A DNA stretch of 64,000 bases from Chlamydiales bacterium (GTDB taxonomy: Bacteria > Chlamydiota > Chlamydiia > Chlamydiales > CALTSX01). The notes beneath the pieces are model-generated. The model was not told the origin of the DNA. It worked only from the letters and a program-made list of their open reading frames with translations, and did no database searches. The stretch covers positions 5,961 to 69,960 of the forward strand of contig JBOFEG010000001.1 in the NCBI GenBank assembly GCA_051647685.1, in the 5' to 3' direction. Shown here in pieces: positions 19,073 to 27,768 of the stretch (the first letter of the stretch is position 1; the number at the start of each line of letters is the position of its first letter). A program made the translations under genes and the position numbers.

Positions 19073-19184
19073 AGTTTCCCACATAAAAAAAAATCAAAAC
19101 TTTACACTTTTGGCATAAAAATTACTGATTTTAGGTGATTATAACTTGTAATTCCTTCGATTTTTTGAATTAATAAATGATAAA

Positions 19185-19259
19185 TCTGGATGGGAGGATT
19201 CGAACCTCCGACCCCTAACACCCCATGCTAGTGCGCTAGCCATGCTGCGCCACATCCAG
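19185..19259 (-). tRNA. tRNA-Pro (anticodon GGG)
   Basis: Hand-folded cloverleaf from the reverse complement: CTGGATG-TG-GCGC-AGCATGGCTA-GCGC-A-CTAGC-ATGGGGT-GTTAG-GGGTC-GGAGG-TTCGAAT-CCTCC-CATCCAG-A. It has a 7-bp acceptor stem, a TTCGAAT T-loop, and the anticodon loop AT-GGG-GT with G37. CCA is not encoded. Confidence 0.9.
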
Positions 19260-19370
19260 AAAACATAAGAATTATACTGTGAAAAAAAGAACAAAAAATG
19301 AGAACATTTTCTAGGAAAGTTAGAAGGATAAACCAGTTTTTGTCAATCGTAAAAGGAGCCTACTTCATCT

Positions 19371-20045
19371 ATGAAAATGCATCGCAGTTGGTATGACAAA
19401 TTAGAGAACGAAATTCGAAAACCTTACATACAAGATCTAAAAAAATTTCTGGAAGAAGAAAAGCGGCTTGGCAAAATTATATACCCAGCAGAGGATTTAG
19501 TATTTCACGCTTTTTCTCAGACTCCATGGGAAAATGTGAAAGTTATTATCATGGGTCAGGATCCCTACCATGGTCCTGGTCAAGCACATGGACTTTCCTT
19601 TAGCGTACCTAAAAATATAGCTATTCCTCCATCCCTTAGGAATATATATCAAGAATTAGCAACTGATTTACAAATAAAACCGCCGACCACGGGCTGTTTG
19701 ATTCCATGGGCAAAGCAGGGGGTTTTATTATTAAATGCAACCCTTACCGTTCAAGCAGGATTGCCTAAGTCTCACTATGGCAAAGGGTGGGAAACATTTA
19801 CAGATGCCGTAATCGATGCCCTGGTACAAAGGGAAGACCCTCTTGTCTTTATTCTCTGGGGCGCCTCTGCTAAAGAGAAATGCACAAGAATTTTATCCCA
19901 GCGTTCTCATCCTCACTTAGTTTTACACTCGGCGCACCCATCTCCCTTTTCCGCCACGAAATTTTTCGGATGTAGACACTTCTCGCAAGCGAATTTCTAT
20001 TTAAAAAAATGGGGTCGAGACCCTATATGTTGGGGGTATAGATAA
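19371..20045 (+). CDS. ung: Uracil-DNA glycosylase
   Basis: 224 aa. GQDPYHGPGQAHGLSFSV (catalytic water-activating loop) and HPSPFSA (Leu-intercalation loop region) are family-1 UDG motifs. Confidence 0.9.
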   Translation: MKMHRSWYDKLENEIRKPYIQDLKKFLEEEKRLGKIIYPAEDLVFHAFSQTPWENVKVIIMGQDPYHGPGQAHGLSFSVPKNIAIPPSLRNIYQELATDLQIKPPTTGCLIPWAKQGVLLLNATLTVQAGLPKSHYGKGWETFTDAVIDALVQREDPLVFILWGASAKEKCTRILSQRSHPHLVLHSAHPSPFSATKFFGCRHFSQANFYLKKWGRDPICWGYR

Positions 20046-20065
20046 ATAATAGAATTTGAGGGAAT

Positions 20066-21297
20066 GTGAAATTTTTGAGAAATAATAAACGAACTTTGTT
20101 TGCTATTTTTCTCACATTTGCGTTAGATGCCTTAAGCGCAACCATTATTTTCCCTATACTAACCCCACTATTTTTAGACCCAGAACGCGGCTTATTTGCA
20201 GCGGGATACTCACCTTTTGCGAAAAATGTCTTTCTTGGGATCTGTTTAAGTATCTTTCCTCTAGCTCAATTGATCTTTTCTCCTATTTGCGGACAAATCG
20301 CAGATTGTATAGGTAGGAAACGGGTTTTTTTTTTACAATTTTGCTAACTGCTATTGGATATTTTCTATGTGCCATTGGCATTGGAATACGAATTTTCTCT
20401 ATCATTTTGGTCGGTCGGTTAGTTACAGGAATTGGGGCGAGTAATTTTACTGTATGCTTGGCGGCACTTGCCGATATTACTGGAGGTAGTGGCGTACGGG
20501 GTCGCTATTTAAGCATTGGGTCTATGTTTGCAGGATTGATTTTTATTTTAGGACCGTTTGTAGGGGGTAAATTTTCTGATGTAACGGAATATTCTTGGGC
20601 GTCTTTTGATCTTCCTATGTGGATAGGCGGAATTCTATCGCTTATTAACGCATTATGTATCCCTTTCTTATTTAAAGAAACTCTGCCGGTTACCAAGAAG
20701 CTTTCTTTATCTGGTTGGAAATTAGAGAATACTTTAGAGGTCTTTCGAAGAAAGAATATCTCTATAATTTACTCTATCTTATTCTTATATTTTTTTGGAT
20801 GGAATCTCATATATCAATTTACACCTGCCTATCTGCTTCAGAGATTTAATATGACAAATTCTCAAATTGGTAATTTGATATCCCTTATGGGAGTATTTTG
20901 GATTATAGGATCAGGTGTATTTTTTCAATTAGAACGAAAATTTCTCTCTACGAAAAATATTCTATTATTATCACTGACCTCAATGGGTCTATTGTCTCTA
21001 TGTGTTGGCTTTGCTAGTCATGTCTGGGACTTAGTTTTAATTGTTGGATTTACAGTGAGTTTTGCAGGTATCATTTGGCCTACTTGTATTGTAGCTATTT
21101 CTCATATTGCAGGGGAAAACATGCAGGGAAAAATGCTGGGAGTTACGCAGTCTGTGCAGTCTCTCGCAACTCTCCTCGCTCCATTGATTGGTGGGACACT
21201 TTTATTTCTCAGTCCGAGTATAAATTATCTAATTGCTGCCTTATTCTCTTTATCTGCTGTTTTTTTGGCTCTCAGAATTAAAAAAGAAGAATATTAA
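20066..21297 (+). pseudogene. MFS transporter interrupted by a frameshift in a T10 tract
   Basis: ORF 20066-20347 (93 aa, GTG start) carries TM1-2 and the MFS loop motif GQIADCIGRKRVFF. ORF 20341-21297 (318 aa, no credible start of its own) continues with TM3-12. The frames switch inside the T run 20325-20334. One extra T (T11) would read GRKRVFFFTILLTAIGYFLCAIG as one ~410-aa protein. Confidence 0.75.
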
Positions 21298-21320
21298 CAT
21301 ATAATTTGTAAGGAGGAAGT

Positions 21321-22196
21321 ATGAATATGAAGGGATCTTTTGTCGCTTTAATTACGCCGTTTACCGAGCATGGTCAAATTGATATTCTAGCTTTGCGTAA
21401 AATGGTTAACATGCACATAGATGAGAAAAGCGATGGTATCGTTTGCTTGGGAAGTACAGGTGAAAAATTTACTCTTTCCCACGAAGAGCAACTTAGAGTG
21501 GTGGATATAATTCTTGAAGAGGTAAATGAGAGAATTCCCGTAATAGTAGGAACAGGAACTAATAATACTGCAGAGACAGTCACTTTTACAAAAATAGTCC
21601 AATCTATGGGGGTATCAGCAGCTTTAGTGGTAGTGCCCTACTATAATCGTCCGACAGCTGAGGGGTGTTTACGTCATTATAGAGCTGTTGCAGACCTTGG
21701 ACTTCCTATTATCGGGTATCACCATCCGGGTAGAACTGGAAAATTTTTATCAGTAGAGGATTGGAAAACAATTATAGAAACTAAGGCAATTGTAGCTTTG
21801 AAAGAGTCTTCAGGGGATTTATCGTTTGTTCAACAATTACAACAAGAAATTGAAATTCCTATCCTTTGTGGAGATGACGATATTCTTCTTTCTTGTTTTA
21901 CAATTGGAGCTGCAGGTTCAATCTCGGTGATGGCGAATTTATTTCCGTCTATTTGGAATAAAATTGTACACGCTTTAATCAGAAAAGAAGAGGCTAAAAT
22001 AGAGGGGGAATATGAGAGATTATTGCCACTTATTCAAACTGTTTTTCTAGAATCGAATCCAATAGGCATTAAATATGCAATGAGTCAACTTGGACTTTGT
22101 ACACCAAAAGTTAGACTTCCATTAACGATTGCAAGCAATGACCTGCAGCAGAAGATTACACAGGAATTAACTTCTTTAGCCTCAATATCTACTTAA
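21321..22196 (+). CDS. dapA: 4-hydroxy-tetrahydrodipicolinate synthase
   Basis: 291 aa. GSFVALITPF, the GSTGE motif, YYNRP, and the active-site region IVALKESSG fit the DapA family. Confidence 0.85.
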   Translation: MNMKGSFVALITPFTEHGQIDILALRKMVNMHIDEKSDGIVCLGSTGEKFTLSHEEQLRVVDIILEEVNERIPVIVGTGTNNTAETVTFTKIVQSMGVSAALVVVPYYNRPTAEGCLRHYRAVADLGLPIIGYHHPGRTGKFLSVEDWKTIIETKAIVALKESSGDLSFVQQLQQEIEIPILCGDDDILLSCFTIGAAGSISVMANLFPSIWNKIVHALIRKEEAKIEGEYERLLPLIQTVFLESNPIGIKYAMSQLGLCTPKVRLPLTIASNDLQQKITQELTSLASIST

Positions 22197-22265
22197 AGAA
22201 CATCATGTACGAATATATTCACCTGGCAAATTTCTTTCTTCGCTAAGTGAATATATTCAATTAAT

Positions 22266-22469
22266 CTATCTTTCAGAGAATCTTATTCCTGGTCTTTGTG
22301 TAGGTTCCTCTTTAGGTAAGTATGAACTCATTGAACTCGACTGACTAGAAGATGGTTTTGTGGACGTTTCATTCGATTTAGGATTGCGATCAGAAGCTTC
22401 CACTGGTATAGCTAATCCAATAGTTACAACTGCGAAAGCAATATAGAGACTGGTAATAATTGATTGCAA
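22266..22469 (-). CDS. Hypothetical small membrane-anchored Ser-rich protein
   Basis: 67-aa ORF with an N-terminal hydrophobic segment (SLYIAFAVVTIGLAIPV) and a low-complexity S/T/P tail. No homology recognised, so it may not be a real gene. Confidence 0.25.
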   Translation of the reverse strand: MQSIITSLYIAFAVVTIGLAIPVEASDRNPKSNETSTKPSSSQSSSMSSYLPKEEPTQRPGIRFSER

Positions 22470-22522
22470 AGTTGACCTCCTATAAAAGCAATATTCTTAA
22501 ATACTATAAAAAAATTTTAATT

Positions 22523-24109
22523 TTATTGAAAATAAAAAAAATGAGAAATTTTTTGTAACAATGCTCCTAAAGATTTTTTTTCTTTTATGGAGAGAGGAGT
22601 AGTTTGCTCATATAATTGTTCGCGTATTTTAATGAGCTGAGCATATATAGAATTATATGCATTCTTTGTTCTTTTATCGGATTGTTTGAGTGGAAATGTC
22701 TTTCGAATTCTATGAATTAATGCCTCTTTCGATTCCCCAGAGAATTGTTCTACAATTTGTTTCTTTTGTTGTAGACTTCCCTTACGACTAGCTAAGGTAT
22801 AGATGGCTTGCCTTGGAATAGAGACGATCTTTTTCTGTAAATCTGAAGAAAGGACAATATATAGTTCATAGTATTGTAGAAAATTATAGGGAGTTTGTCG
22901 ATTCCCATATACAGCTACGAGCCAAGAAGAAAAAGCCCCGTCTTTATAGGTTTTTAAGAGAATTTGCGCTTTTTTGATTCTCTCTCCATGTAGTAGTATA
23001 GATTGATTATGAATGGCTTTTAATTCGCAAGTAATCTGTGAGAGTTCCTCTAAATCCTTATCGATCTGCTGCGTTTGGGAGTCTCCGTAGTGATGCAGCA
23101 GATTTTCAATCTGGTCTTTTTCTATGTCAGTCAGTGGTATGGTTTGAAATACACCTGAAAAGCTCGATAAATCTCCGTCAACAGACTGACTTGCTAATCG
23201 AGATACTTTCGTATTACTCGATGGTTCGAGTCGACTTTGCAAGATGGCATTGATTTCAGTATTTTCGATTGAAGGTTTGTTTTTCTCTTTTTCTAATTGT
23301 TTAATACTTTTTCTAACAATAGGTAGTTTTTCAGGCATAGTACCTCCTAATTCTTCGATAGTTTTACGAACCTTTTCACCAACATCAAAATGAGTTTGAT
23401 TAGCTTTACTCTTTCCTTGGATTTTATCTCGTCGGAGTTTTTCTTCGGTTTGTGTGACTCTAAAATAATTCGCAGCAGTCTCTGTGCTTCCCATATAATC
23501 TAGTATTTCTTGCCCTTTTTGCAGTTTTGCACCTTCGCCACCATAGAGACCCTTGTATCCGTGATCTTGAAAGATAACAAAATCGAGAGGTGTATGTACT
23601 CCAGCTCGGTATGCTGTTGCAGCGAGGATTTTATTATGGCTACGAAGTTCATTTCTTAAGAAGAGACGTTTCTCATCTTCTTCTAAATCCTGGAAAGCTC
23701 TGTCATTTGCTAATTCTTGCCGACGAGTTTGTATAGCAAAATAAGTTTGTCCATTAGCAACAATCGGTTTTGATGGATCTCCATTTTGTACAATTAAATA
23801 GCAACCATAGCGTGATAGCCTTATATCGGAAAATTGTCTTTGCCCTCCTTTTCCTATTTCGATCATCTCGTGCACATCAACGAAATGATCGGCAACAATA
23901 TGGCCACTAATTTTACATGCTTCTTTAGCCTTATCAATAACGGGAAGGAAATTTCTATGTTCAAAATATTCTAAAATCTTAGATAGCTTCCGAGCACTCC
24001 AAAATTCGCAACCATTTTCTTCTTGTTTAATGGACTCAAAAGTTTGATGATGGGTTGTTTCGACGATATTTTTATTCACTGCTAAATCTCCTAACATTCT
24101 CAATATCAT
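22523..24109 (-). CDS. Fusion protein: DNA-damage-inducible protein D (DinD)-like domain plus pGP6-D/CT583-like ParA-partner domain
   Basis: Single uninterrupted frame. The ORF opens at 24250, but a start at M48 (24109) or M52 (24097) avoids overlap with parA. The segment from about 24052 to 23276 matches DinD as I recall it (FWSARKLSKILEY, KAKEACKISGH, RLSRYGCYLIVQNGDPSKP, GQTYFAIQTRRQE, DEKRLFLRNEL, FQDHGYKGLYGG, YMGSTETAANYFRVTQTEEKL, HFDVGEKVRKTIEELGGTMPEKLP). The last ~240 aa match the chlamydial plasmid protein pGP6-D (LLHGERIKKAQILL, FSSWLVAVYGNRQTPYNFLQYYELY, LQKKIVSIPRQAIYTLASRKGSLQQKKQIV). Confidence 0.8.
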   Translation of the reverse strand: MILRMLGDLAVNKNIVETTHHQTFESIKQEENGCEFWSARKLSKILEYFEHRNFLPVIDKAKEACKISGHIVADHFVDVHEMIEIGKGGQRQFSDIRLSRYGCYLIVQNGDPSKPIVANGQTYFAIQTRRQELANDRAFQDLEEDEKRLFLRNELRSHNKILAATAYRAGVHTPLDFVIFQDHGYKGLYGGEGAKLQKGQEILDYMGSTETAANYFRVTQTEEKLRRDKIQGKSKANQTHFDVGEKVRKTIEELGGTMPEKLPIVRKSIKQLEKEKNKPSIENTEINAILQSRLEPSSNTKVSRLASQSVDGDLSSFSGVFQTIPLTDIEKDQIENLLHHYGDSQTQQIDKDLEELSQITCELKAIHNQSILLHGERIKKAQILLKTYKDGAFSSWLVAVYGNRQTPYNFLQYYELYIVLSSDLQKKIVSIPRQAIYTLASRKGSLQQKKQIVEQFSGESKEALIHRIRKTFPLKQSDKRTKNAYNSIYAQLIKIREQLYEQTTPLSIKEKKSLGALLQKISHFFYFQ

Positions 24110-24140
24110 TATAAATTGAATTTCGCTGTAAAATGCAATT

Positions 24141-24929
24141 TTATTTTGAATCAATAGAAGATAAATGTACAGTCGTTTTACATTTAGAAAATAGTTCATT
24201 TGTAAGAGATTTATAGTCCTCGGCAGCTCTGCTATTTGTTGGGATATCAAATACGGGTTTTCCCTGAATCGAGGCTACGGATACGGCAATGTCACGACGA
24301 ATTTTCGTTTGTAAGATTTTATCTGGAAAAGACTTTTGAATGGAGGCGAGAAATGCTTCATTATTTTTTCCACGCACGTTCCAAAAAGAGAGAGCAACTC
24401 CTAAAATATCAAAGGGATGTCTCGTTGCAATTTGTGATAGAAAAATAGAGAGTCTGCTCAAACCTTTGATGCTATAGAATTCTGGAGTAGCACATATTAA
24501 GCAATGATTAGAGGCAATGAGAGCAGATTCCGTTAGCCAACAGAGCGAGGGAGGGGTATCGATAAGGATAAAGTCATAATTTAGTCTCTGTGTAAGCTTC
24601 TGAAGACGTTCATGAGAATATCTGTCGGATGCGAGCGTCCCAGTCACCTCTACTCTTTCTAAATAACTATCAGCTGGAATCAAATCGAGATTGGGGACAG
24701 AAGTGTGAATAATAACATCGCTTACCGTCTTTTCGTTTTGCAGAACAGGAGCTAAACTATCGTAATGATCTGGATCAAATCCGAGTCCCGTAGTGAGATT
24801 TGCTTGAGCGTCAAAATCGATAACGAGTACTTTTTGTCGATGAAATTTCGCCAGAGCTGCTCCTACATGGAGCAAAGTAGAGGTTTTGGCAGTCCCCCCT
24901 TTAAAACTACTGACTGTAATGATATGCAT
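24141..24929 (-). CDS. parA: ParA/MinD-family partition ATPase (CT582 / pGP5-D-like)
   Basis: 262 aa. Deviant Walker A in MHIITVSSFKGGTAKTST, then VIDFDAQANLT and ILIDTPPS. Lies between thrS and the pGP6-D-like gene, as in the Chlamydia thrS-CT582-CT583 arrangement I recall. Confidence 0.85.
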   Translation of the reverse strand: MHIITVSSFKGGTAKTSTLLHVGAALAKFHRQKVLVIDFDAQANLTTGLGFDPDHYDSLAPVLQNEKTVSDVIIHTSVPNLDLIPADSYLERVEVTGTLASDRYSHERLQKLTQRLNYDFILIDTPPSLCWLTESALIASNHCLICATPEFYSIKGLSRLSIFLSQIATRHPFDILGVALSFWNVRGKNNEAFLASIQKSFPDKILQTKIRRDIAVSVASIQGKPVFDIPTNSRAAEDYKSLTNELFSKCKTTVHLSSIDSK

Positions 24930-24944
24930 CTTATTCTACTCCTT

Positions 24945-26870
24945 CTATATAAAGAGAGATGTCGGCAATCGTTTTTTCCTCTCTTCTATTATTGTTTTTA
25001 TAAATGTATCGAGCTGTAGTGGCCCATGCTTCCTATTATCTCGACTACGTAGAGAGATCGATCCGCTTTCTTCTTCGGCATCCCCAATAATTATCATATA
25101 GTTAATTTGTTGCAATTGCGCATTGCGAACCTTTTTACTCACTGATTCTCCGCTATCATCAATATCCACTATAAAAGATTCTGCCTCTAATATTTTTTGG
25201 ATTTTTTTTGCATAAGTGATATGGCGATCTGCTACGGTAAGAACACGCACAGGAAGGGGGCTTAACCATAGAGGAAATTTACCAGCATAATGTTCTATAA
25301 TAATGCCAAAAAATCTCTCGATCGATCCAAAAATTGCTCTGTGAATCATAATGGGTCGTTTTTCTTTTCCATCTGTATCTCGATAGACAAGATCAAATTT
25401 TTCTGGCAATGACATATCTAATTGTATTGTTCCACATTGCCAAGAACGTTGCAAAGCATCGCGCACGTGCATATCAATTTTTGGTCCATAAAAAGCTCCA
25501 TCACCCTCTTTAATTTCAAAAGGTTTTCCCCAGTCTTGTAAGGCTTCTTTTAGGCTTGCAGTAGTCATTTCCCAAGTTTGTTCTGTGCCAATAAATTTAT
25601 CTGGCCTGGTAGAAAGTTCCAAAGAATTTTTTAATTCAAATATAGAGTATAATTCATCAGAGTATTCCAAAATATGGAAAATTTCCTGTTTGATGTCACT
25701 TGGTTTCATAAAGAGATGGGCGTCATCTTGATGAAATCTCCGTACTCGAAATAAGCCATTTAATGCACCAGATGGCTCAAGCCTATGTACACAACCAAAC
25801 TCTGCAATACGCATAGGGAGTTCTCGATGACTATGGGTTTTTTGGCGATAGTAAATCATACACCCGGGACAATTCATAGGTTTAATTGCAAAACTTCTCT
25901 CATCCACTTCGGTTATATACATGTGTTCTCGATAACAATCCCAGTGACCAGACAACTCCCATAGTTCTTTACTTAAGATTTGAGGAGTTTGGATTTCTAC
26001 ATATCCATATTTTTTATTTAGTTCTCGCAGTAGATCTATGAGATGTTGCCAAATGGTTAGACCTTTAGGATGAATAAAGGGCATCGCTGGACTCTCCTCA
26101 TGGAAAGAGAATAAGTCTAGTTGCGCGCCAATAACTCTATGATCTCGTTTTTTTGCCTCTGCTAAATAATGCAAGTATTCTTTTAATAAAAGACGATTTG
26201 GAAACGAGATGCCATAAATCCGAGTTAGCATTTCTTTACTTGAGTCTCCTTTCCAGTAAGCTCCAGATGTTTTTAATAATTTTAAAGCTTTTATTTTTCC
26301 TAGAGAAAATAAATGAGGTCCTCGGCACAGGTCAATGTATTCGCCCTGCTGATAAGTAGTAATTGTTTCTGTAGGAGAAAATGTATGAATAAGTTCGCCT
26401 TTATAAGGGTTATTTTTAAAAAGCTCTAAAGCACAATCTGTATTTTCTATAATAGATTTTGTTACCGAATAGTTTTCTTGAATAATTTTTTGCATTTCTA
26501 ATTCAATCTTTGCAAAATCCTCCTCTGAAATTTGTAGATTTGCAAAGTCATAATAGAATCCAGCTTCAATGGGTGGGCCGATGGTTGGTTTAGCATCAGG
26601 CCATAGTCGCATAACAGCTTGGGCTAGCACATGGGCTGATGTATGCCAAAATACTTCTTTTCCAATTGACGAATCAAAGTTATAAAATGTAATGTAGTCT
26701 CCATCATTCAAGATTGTAGATAAGTCGCAAAGTCTATCATTTATTTTAGCTGTAATAGCTTCACTCGGATCGCGGAGTTTAAGATGTTCGGCTAAATCTT
26801 TGGCTGAAGAGCCCTCTTCAAGCTCGATAGCTTCTTCATTGTAGAAAATTTTCATAAGGAGCGTACGCAT
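24945..26870 (-). CDS. thrS: Threonine--tRNA ligase
   Basis: 641 aa. N-terminal TGS-like domain, second additional domain with HTSAHVLAQA, class II core (FRVRRFHQDDAHLF, GTIQLD), and a C-terminal anticodon-binding domain. The start may be the second Met (MKIFYNEE, 26855). Confidence 0.95.
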   Translation of the reverse strand: MRTLLMKIFYNEEAIELEEGSSAKDLAEHLKLRDPSEAITAKINDRLCDLSTILNDGDYITFYNFDSSIGKEVFWHTSAHVLAQAVMRLWPDAKPTIGPPIEAGFYYDFANLQISEEDFAKIELEMQKIIQENYSVTKSIIENTDCALELFKNNPYKGELIHTFSPTETITTYQQGEYIDLCRGPHLFSLGKIKALKLLKTSGAYWKGDSSKEMLTRIYGISFPNRLLLKEYLHYLAEAKKRDHRVIGAQLDLFSFHEESPAMPFIHPKGLTIWQHLIDLLRELNKKYGYVEIQTPQILSKELWELSGHWDCYREHMYITEVDERSFAIKPMNCPGCMIYYRQKTHSHRELPMRIAEFGCVHRLEPSGALNGLFRVRRFHQDDAHLFMKPSDIKQEIFHILEYSDELYSIFELKNSLELSTRPDKFIGTEQTWEMTTASLKEALQDWGKPFEIKEGDGAFYGPKIDMHVRDALQRSWQCGTIQLDMSLPEKFDLVYRDTDGKEKRPIMIHRAIFGSIERFFGIIIEHYAGKFPLWLSPLPVRVLTVADRHITYAKKIQKILEAESFIVDIDDSGESVSKKVRNAQLQQINYMIIIGDAEEESGSISLRSRDNRKHGPLQLDTFIKTIIEERKKRLPTSLFI

Positions 26871-27047
26871 AAGTACATTACTTTTTTATTAATATTATAT
26901 TAGGAAGACAAGAATAACAAAATAGAAAAAATTATATTTAAGAAAAGTATAGTCAGCAAAGCAGTTCTTTTTCTAACATAATAAAAAAAAATTATAAAGT
27001 TGCTCATGACTTTTTTGCTGTCCAACGTTTATAATAATTTTTAAAAT

Positions 27048-27365
27048 ATGATAAATGATAGCTACGCTATGGTGAGTCAAATATTTCATAAAGAAAAAAT
27101 TCATGAATCACAAACAATTATCTTAGATAAGATAAATTCTTTAGAGAAAAAAATATTTAATGAAATACGTAATGTTTCTACGAATATAAATCAAGTGTTA
27201 AATAAAATGGATGCTTTACATAAGAAACTTGACCAAATAGATTATGCACAAATTTATTTACGAGAGGAAATGGAGAATATTGGTAGACATAGAGATATAG
27301 AATCTATAAAAAAATGTCAGACTTACATAAAAAAATTAATAATATTCTCAAGTGTATATCTATAG
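27048..27365 (+). CDS. Hypothetical coiled-coil protein
   Basis: 105-aa ORF, K/E/N-rich with heptad-like pattern. Overlaps the next ORF by 52 nt in a different frame. Confidence 0.35.
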   Translation: MINDSYAMVSQIFHKEKIHESQTIILDKINSLEKKIFNEIRNVSTNINQVLNKMDALHKKLDQIDYAQIYLREEMENIGRHRDIESIKKCQTYIKKLIIFSSVYL

Positions 27366-27766
27366 CATTATCCAAGAGATCTAGCTCGCATCAACCAACT
27401 AATTTTTCTCAATGTGATATTTGTGCAACATATCTAAAGACTTTTAGAGACAATTTGATCGACATAGACAAATATATTAAGCTTGCTATTCCTTATCTTC
27501 ATAGTTTTAGAAGTTCTGATATTAGATCAGAACTTATGGACGCATTTAAAATAAATAAAGTAGCGCAAGGCATTGATTTTTTATCGATTTTTATGGAAAC
27601 AGGTGAAAAAAAATCTTGTTTAAGTGTGTATGGAACTCTAGAGAAATTTACAACGATTTTTTCTCACATACAAGAAGAGATTACTGAGATTTCTTGGTTC
27701 ATGGATAATTCTATTAGAGAAGAGCAATTAAGACGGCCATCTCTGCAAAGAGAGAATATCTATTGA
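27314..27766 (+). CDS. Hypothetical protein
   Basis: 150-aa ORF whose ATG is the end of an A7 run (27308-27314). It may be a separate gene or the frameshifted continuation of 27048-27365. Confidence 0.35.
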   Translation: MSDLHKKINNILKCISIALSKRSSSHQPTNFSQCDICATYLKTFRDNLIDIDKYIKLAIPYLHSFRSSDIRSELMDAFKINKVAQGIDFLSIFMETGEKKSCLSVYGTLEKFTTIFSHIQEEITEISWFMDNSIREEQLRRPSLQRENIY

Positions 27767-27768
27767 AC

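Noticed and set aside
19100-19370. tRNA-Pro as an integration site for a genomic island
   Set aside because: Flanking genes on both sides are housekeeping (ispA and a GlmU-like gene; ung, dapA). I saw no integrase, no duplicated tRNA 3' end and no compositional break.
20341-21297. Treating the 318-aa ORF as an independent gene with a TTG start
   Set aside because: It begins in the middle of an MFS fold (TM3) with no RBS. The upstream 93-aa ORF supplies TM1-2 and the conserved loop motif. A frameshift in the T10 tract explains both.
24110-24250. First 47 codons of the 575-aa DinD-fusion ORF
   Set aside because: They overlap the 3' end of parA, are hydrophobic and low-complexity, and precede the DinD homology. 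An internal Met (24109 or 24097) is the likelier start.
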